Virus record (IMG/VR): IMGVR_UViG_2547132035_000002
Direction: 5' to 3' (one strand)
Length of the DNA: 21,072 bases
From: a virus
Taxonomy: Duplodnaviria; Heunggongvirae; Uroviricota; Caudoviricetes
The notes under the pieces were generated by a model that was given only the letters and a program-made list of their open reading frames with translations, was not told where the DNA came from and ran no database searches. Shown one piece after another: positions 16,734-21,072 of the stretch. Position numbers and translations under genes: made by a program. Position 1 is the first letter of the stretch. Every line of letters starts with the position of its first letter.

Positions 16734-17450
16734 TCAGTTAAAGAATGTTTCTTTTCCATTGATAAAAGTTTTTCCTTTTCCATATTTATTAAGTATAACA
16801 GTATACACATTTCCCCCTACTGTTGTGAGTCTTGTATCATCTATTGCCTCTTTGATAATGTTTGAAGTTATAGTCTCAGGTAATGAAGTATAAAACTTAT
16901 TAACAATAATGTCATCAACACCTTCTCCTGTATCCAACATATAATTATTAAATTTATATTTAGAATAGTTTTTTAAATCAATTTTACCAAAAGGGTAGAC
17001 GGAAACTGATTCATCACATCCAAGATTCCTTCTACTATAGCGAATTTCTAAAGCATAGCAATAAAATTCAAAATTATCCACCCAGAGAAATATTAATTTT
17101 GTGGGATTATCCAATTTAAATATTGAAAAAAGGTCTCTCATATCATTCTCAATGCCTAAAATTATATCCAATATATTCTCCCCAGTATATAAATCTAGAT
17201 ATTCGCGGATGCAATCTTTTAAATAAATTGTCCCTTTGTATGTTAAAACTTCACAAGTTCCTAACATTCCTATCATTAGCCCATTTTTATAAAACAATTT
17301 CCTATTATGAAAACTGATAATATTTAATTCTTTATTTGTAAACATGGAATCTGCTGAAATAGCTAATTGTTCTTGATTAGCCACAGCACATATTCTTGTC
17401 ATATGTTCTCCTTCTTTCATTTTTTTTTGCCAACTTATATTATCACTCAT
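16734..17450 (-). CDS. Proteasome-beta-like Ntn-hydrolase family protein, copy 6 (Thr-type; internal/mature start 17402)
   Basis: After Met17 it reads TRICAVANQEQLAISADSMFT (Thr1, Asp17), then RKLF, GMLG and a C-terminal TVGGNVYTVILNKYG. Confidence 0.75.
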   Translation of the reverse strand: MSDNISWQKKMKEGEHMTRICAVANQEQLAISADSMFTNKELNIISFHNRKLFYKNGLMIGMLGTCEVLTYKGTIYLKDCIREYLDLYTGENILDIILGIENDMRDLFSIFKLDNPTKLIFLWVDNFEFYCYALEIRYSRRNLGCDESVSVYPFGKIDLKNYSKYKFNNYMLDTGEGVDDIIVNKFYTSLPETITSNIIKEAIDDTRLTTVGGNVYTVILNKYGKGKTFINGKETFFN

Positions 17451-17458
17451 TCATTTTC

Positions 17459-17482
17459 TCATCTCCAGCAGAAGCACTGCTA
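17459..17482 (-). promoter_or_regulatory. Conserved Ntn leader element, copy 6
   Basis: TAGCAG-TGCTT-CTGCT-GGAGATGA, with TGATATAAT at 17490-17498. Confidence 0.8.
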
Positions 17483-17508
17483 TACATATATTATATCAAA
17501 ATATAATT

Positions 17509-18099
17509 TCATTTTATCCCCAGCTTCTTTGATATGATTTGATTGCTATTATTATTACAACTTATAATAAGTGGAGACCCGATAATTCTCTTGCTATCAA
17601 TATCTACTGAAGTAACCCAAACTATTAATTCGACAGAAAATTCCTCATTCATTAAAAAAAATGCACCTGAAGAAATCCTATATTTTTCACTCACAGTCCT
17701 ACTAAATAATTCAATATTGTTTGCTGAACATTTGATATCAATGCTTGTATAATTAGGATTTTGAGACTTAATGTGAAAATCTATTATCTCATCTGAATTA
17801 AAGACATCTTTTTCAAGTCCAGACATTTTTCCAGAAATATAATAATATGAGAACAATTTTATTTCTTTTATATCATTTTCAAATTTAAGAAGCTGGTTAT
17901 TCTTTCTTAATATTTTTATAATATAATTAAATTTATCAATAAATTCAATACTGTCATTTGCACGTCTAATTTCACCATGCAAACTAAGAGTGCTAGATTT
18001 CAACTCTATTTTTCTTACTCTTAAAAAACCTATTTTACGAGATAACTTCATTTCAGTAAATAAATTCTCAATTTTTTGTTTTGATAAATATATAATCAT
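17509..18099 (-). CDS. Hypothetical protein (196 aa), possibly DUF7019/SAVMC3_10250-like
   Basis: Clean ORF. The N-terminal IYLSKQKIENL and C-terminal IIGSPLII recall that family. The family call is from memory of the motif only. Confidence 0.55.
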   Translation of the reverse strand: MIIYLSKQKIENLFTEMKLSRKIGFLRVRKIELKSSTLSLHGEIRRANDSIEFIDKFNYIIKILRKNNQLLKFENDIKEIKLFSYYYISGKMSGLEKDVFNSDEIIDFHIKSQNPNYTSIDIKCSANNIELFSRTVSEKYRISSGAFFLMNEEFSVELIVWVTSVDIDSKRIIGSPLIISCNNNSNQIISKKLGIK

Positions 18100-18344
18100 A
18101 CTATTTCACTCTCTTTCATAAAATTATTTTTTATCTATATAAAAAGAATACCATATATTTTTTAGGAATTAAACTCTTATATCAAAAGCATTAAAACATA
18201 TTATAATTACATATTTTGACATAATTTTACTCTTCTTATTTACCATTCACAATATTTGTGATATATTTCACTTGGGAATATACTCTTATTTTAAAAGTAT
18301 AACTGTCTATACTACTCGCTAGTGTATATTCCTATCTATTTCCC

Positions 18345-18369
18345 GAGGAGTCCCAGCTCCTCTTTTTTT
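18345..18369 (+). terminator. Plus-strand intrinsic terminator-like hairpin with no plus-strand CDS upstream
   Basis: GAGGAG-TCCCAG-CTCCTC-TTTTTTT. Confidence 0.55.
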
Positions 18370-18380
18370 ATAAACATTTC

Positions 18381-19418
18381 TTATTTTTTATTCACATTTA
18401 TTTTACAGTTTTCTATTTTCACAACTATCTTGTCATATTCTTCTAAATACATGAATTCTCCACTCTTAACTGTATAAATCTTAATATTATCTTCAGTTTT
18501 TTCATCTGTTATCTCCATAATCAGCTTCTGATTATCTGTATTTTCTAATAATAAGTATTTCAATCCTGCTATCTCAACTATTTGGTTTTCATCTTCATTG
18601 AAAAGCATACTCATACCTTCTTTTTTGAAGTTATTTATTGATGTAGTGGCATAAATGATAACCGCTGAAAGGAGAAAGAACATTATAAATACAGAAGTCA
18701 TCATATTTATAATTGGCTCTATTCTTATATCCATCGCTTTCATTTTTTGAGTATTCTTATCTCTTGGAAAGATTTTAAAAAATGTTTTCTCAAAAGACTC
18801 ACACATAGTTGGTATAAACAAGACCGCTAATATAATTCCACCCAAAAAAATAATATCAAAATCAATACCTACTAAGGCAATAGTTGCAAAAACGAAAATG
18901 GAATAATAAAGGACTTTAAACTTATTGAGTAGCATTTCTAAAATAGTTATAGCAAATATCACTCCAAAAGCACAAACAAATTCAAATGACTTTATCCTAA
19001 ACAAATAGAATAAGATTGATAATAAAAAACAGATTTCTGTAAATATACAACAAGCAAACAAGAATTTATCTAATATCTTCTCTTTGTTTCTTGCAAAAGC
19101 AAACATTTCAATAAATAATAGCAAAATAATAAATAAAGCAAAGAGAACATACAACCAATAAGAGAAGTAAGTTAACTTTATTGTGACATGACTCAATCCT
19201 AATCCCTCACTATATCCCTGCATAATAAAAGTCTGTATGGAATCAATAATTATACCAATAGCAGCTGTCATAATTGTAACAAACACTCCAAAGGATGCTC
19301 CGTTTTTTAATAGAAAGTATAAAGTAGGATACTTGAATTTTATCTTATTTTCAATTAGATTGTTTTTCCCTTTTCGTTTCGTTGAATCTTTTTTGTTTTT
19401 GTGGTCGTTTTTACTCAT
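18381..19418 (-). CDS. Polytopic integral membrane hypothetical protein (345 aa)
   Basis: RBS AAGGAGG. About 6-7 hydrophobic segments, a basic N-terminus and a soluble C-terminal tail. Confidence 0.8.
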   Translation of the reverse strand: MSKNDHKNKKDSTKRKGKNNLIENKIKFKYPTLYFLLKNGASFGVFVTIMTAAIGIIIDSIQTFIMQGYSEGLGLSHVTIKLTYFSYWLYVLFALFIILLLFIEMFAFARNKEKILDKFLFACCIFTEICFLLSILFYLFRIKSFEFVCAFGVIFAITILEMLLNKFKVLYYSIFVFATIALVGIDFDIIFLGGIILAVLFIPTMCESFEKTFFKIFPRDKNTQKMKAMDIRIEPIINMMTSVFIMFFLLSAVIIYATTSINNFKKEGMSMLFNEDENQIVEIAGLKYLLLENTDNQKLIMEITDEKTEDNIKIYTVKSGEFMYLEEYDKIVVKIENCKINVNKK

Positions 19419-19522
19419 AATATGACCTCCTTACTTTAGCTATTATAATCTATTCACATCGCTTTTTGGAAGTCTTGCAAAATATTTTTTAAAGTATGTT
19501 CTTTACTTTTTTTATTTGCTAT

Positions 19523-19559
19523 AAAAAAAATATTAGCCACGTATCCCCTTACGTGGCTA
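19523..19559 (-). terminator. Minus-strand intrinsic terminator
   Basis: Perfect 10-bp stem TAGCCACGTA-N6-TACGTGGCTA (19534-19559), followed on the minus strand by ATATTTTTTTT. Confidence 0.6.
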
Positions 19560-19859
19560 TTTAACCGCATTCAATTTTTTCTCTAACGATATATTTACTT
19601 ATTGCAAACATCGTCTTGAAACTCCCACTTTTACGTGGCTTTTTTTTACCCTCTTTTTCATTTCGTCTTAAAAACTTAATGTTACTAAATATAATATTTT
19701 GTCTTTCTTCTCCCCTTCTTGAAAATATTATAAATGACATATTCTGCCATTTACCTTTTTATTTTACACCAACACACTCTTGATTTCAAAGTTTCTTGAA
19801 ATACTTTCTACTCAAATTTGTTGTAAATACTCACAAGATTGGTAATCTATTTATTATGT

Positions 19860-19884
19860 AAAAAAAAGATGCCAAAGCACCTTT
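19860..19884 (-). terminator. Terminator downstream of dnaE
   Basis: Minus strand reads AAAGGTGC-TTTG-GCATCTTT with a continuing T-tract. Confidence 0.55.
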
Positions 19885-19920
19885 TTCTCTCTTTTGAAAA
19901 GAGTTTCGTATATTCTCTTT

Positions 19921-21072
19921 CTAAACAGATACAAATTTTATTTTGTATTTATTAAAAATATTTAAAGCCTTCACATAATCTACATAATATGCCTGTTTAT
20001 AGCATTGTCTATGAACTGTATCAACTCCAATCACTTCAGCAATCCCATTTATATTCACAAATTCTCCTTCTATTTTTTCTAAATCATTTATATCTACGTA
20101 GAATCTTAATGCACTACTTAATGCATGTCTTGCTGTATTGACAATAATAGATATACTTTCTTCACCATTGTCCTCCTTAATTTGTATCTTCCCATTAAGA
20201 ATCAATACTGAATCTTCTTTTAAAAGATTCTCAATATCTGCATAAGCTTTAGGGAAGACAATAGCTTCACAGAAATCGTATTCATCTTCTATTTTTAGAA
20301 AAGCCATTGGCTCTCCACTTTTCTTTGTAAAAATCTGCTGTATAGAATTTATCTGACATAGAATTTGAATATCGTCTCCATCATTTAAATCTTGTATATC
20401 TGAAATCAGAGTATCATAGCCTTTTAGAACTCCTCGAATCTGCTCTAAGGGGTGTCCACTGATACAGCAATGAAGAACTCTTTTTTCATTATCGAGCTTT
20501 TCCTTAAAACCATATTCTGTACCATCATAGAACGCTTCACCACTTAAGCCATCCAAAATAGATGATTTATATATACTCTTAATCTGATTATGGTATTTCA
20601 CTGTTTCAAGAATTGATGGAGCTATCTCTCTCATCTTTTTTCTGCAGCCAAATATATCAAATGTCCCAGAATAGATAAGATTTGTAATCTGGTTATTGCG
20701 AATATTTGGACATTGGCTGATAAAATCATAAAACGTTTCACAATTGGAAAGCGTTTCAATAGTTTTTGCAATGTCTTCACCTATACCATCAATTCCGATA
20801 TATCCATAGCGAATAGCTGATTGGCCCTCGCTCTTTTCCACAGTGAACTTTGTTTGAGAGAATCTGATAGATGATGGAAGGATTTCTATACCCATCGCTT
20901 TTATCTCTGCTAAACATGATATAAGCTTATCCTTATTATCACTATTGATAGTACAGTTTGCAGCCATAAATTCTACAGGATAATAAGCTTTCAGGTATGC
21001 AGTTTCATAGGCGATGAGTGCATATGCTGCTGAATGAGATTTGTTAAATCCATACTCAGCAAATTTCTTTAT
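19921..21072 (-). CDS. dnaE: DNA polymerase III alpha subunit, C-terminal part (5'-truncated by the window edge)
   Basis: The frame is open to the window end and reads KFAEYGFNKSHSAAYALIAYETAYLKAYYPVEFMAA (DnaE signature). It continues with an HhH-like IGIDGIGE, SGHPL and the OB-fold TKKSGEPMAFLKIEDEYDFCEAIVFP. Confidence 0.92.
   Translation of the reverse strand: MKKFAEYGFNKSHSAAYALIAYETAYLKAYYPVEFMAANCTINSDNKDKLISCLAEIKAMGIEILPSSIRFSQTKFTVEKSEGQSAIRYGYIGIDGIGEDIAKTIETLSNCETFYDFISQCPNIRNNQITNLIYSGTFDIFGCRKKMREIAPSILETVKYHNQIKSIYKSSILDGLSGEAFYDGTEYGFKEKLDNEKRVLHCCISGHPLEQIRGVLKGYDTLISDIQDLNDGDDIQILCQINSIQQIFTKKSGEPMAFLKIEDEYDFCEAIVFPKAYADIENLLKEDSVLILNGKIQIKEDNGEESISIIVNTARHALSSALRFYVDINDLEKIEGEFVNINGIAEVIGVDTVHRQCYKQAYYVDYVKALNIFNKYKIKFVSV

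Noticed and set aside
16000-17450. Calling the Ntn genes hslV/clpQ, prcB or Anbu, or the 386-aa protein a P-loop ATPase partner
   Set aside because: They are too diverged for a gene symbol and lack the usual partner genes. The 386-aa protein has a Walker-B-like VILLEG (outside this span, near its C-terminus) but no Walker A.
1791-17482. Leader repeats as a CRISPR array or integron attC sites
   Set aside because: Spacing is irregular and kb-scale, with no cas genes or integron integrase in the window and no attC R/L box structure. The cassette idea is retained only as a hypothesis.
1226-19425. Remaining short track ORFs overlapping longer genes (1226-1468, 3600-3872, 5191-5385, 6263-6448, 6588-6839, 7897-8079, 9568-9912, 11513-11695, 13389-13592, 14485-14673, 16238-16504, 17123-17317, 17543-17752, 19237-19425)
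   Set aside because: Antisense or alternate-frame shadows of well-supported genes, with no convincing RBS or motifs.

Overview
Very AT-rich, Firmicute-like accessory region with sigma-A-type extended -10 promoters and GGAGG-type ribosome-binding sites, almost entirely on the minus strand. It lies downstream of a divergent dnaE (DNA Pol III alpha) 3' end and is probably part of a plasmid, ICE or prophage rather than the core chromosome. The most striking feature is six divergent paralogues of a proteasome-beta/HslV-like Ntn-hydrolase. Each has Ser/Thr1, Asp at exactly position 17 and a Lys33-like 'K(I/L/V)' motif. Each is preceded by the same ~23-26 nt leader element (TAGCAG-loop-YTGCT-GGAGATGA), and in five of six copies a -10 box lies just upstream of it. 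The paralogues alternate strictly Thr-type/Ser-type and are interleaved with defence-type cargo: a 1356-aa nuclease-NACHT (AVAST-like) protein, an FRG / caspase-like / Schlafen-AlbA_2 three-gene operon, a NERD protein and unknown proteins. Also present are a candidate type I toxin-antitoxin module missed by the ORF track (924-1037, with a cis-antisense RNA) and an 84-bp perfect direct repeat heading two paralogous membrane-anchored proteins. All domain calls come from motif recognition by eye; no searches were run.
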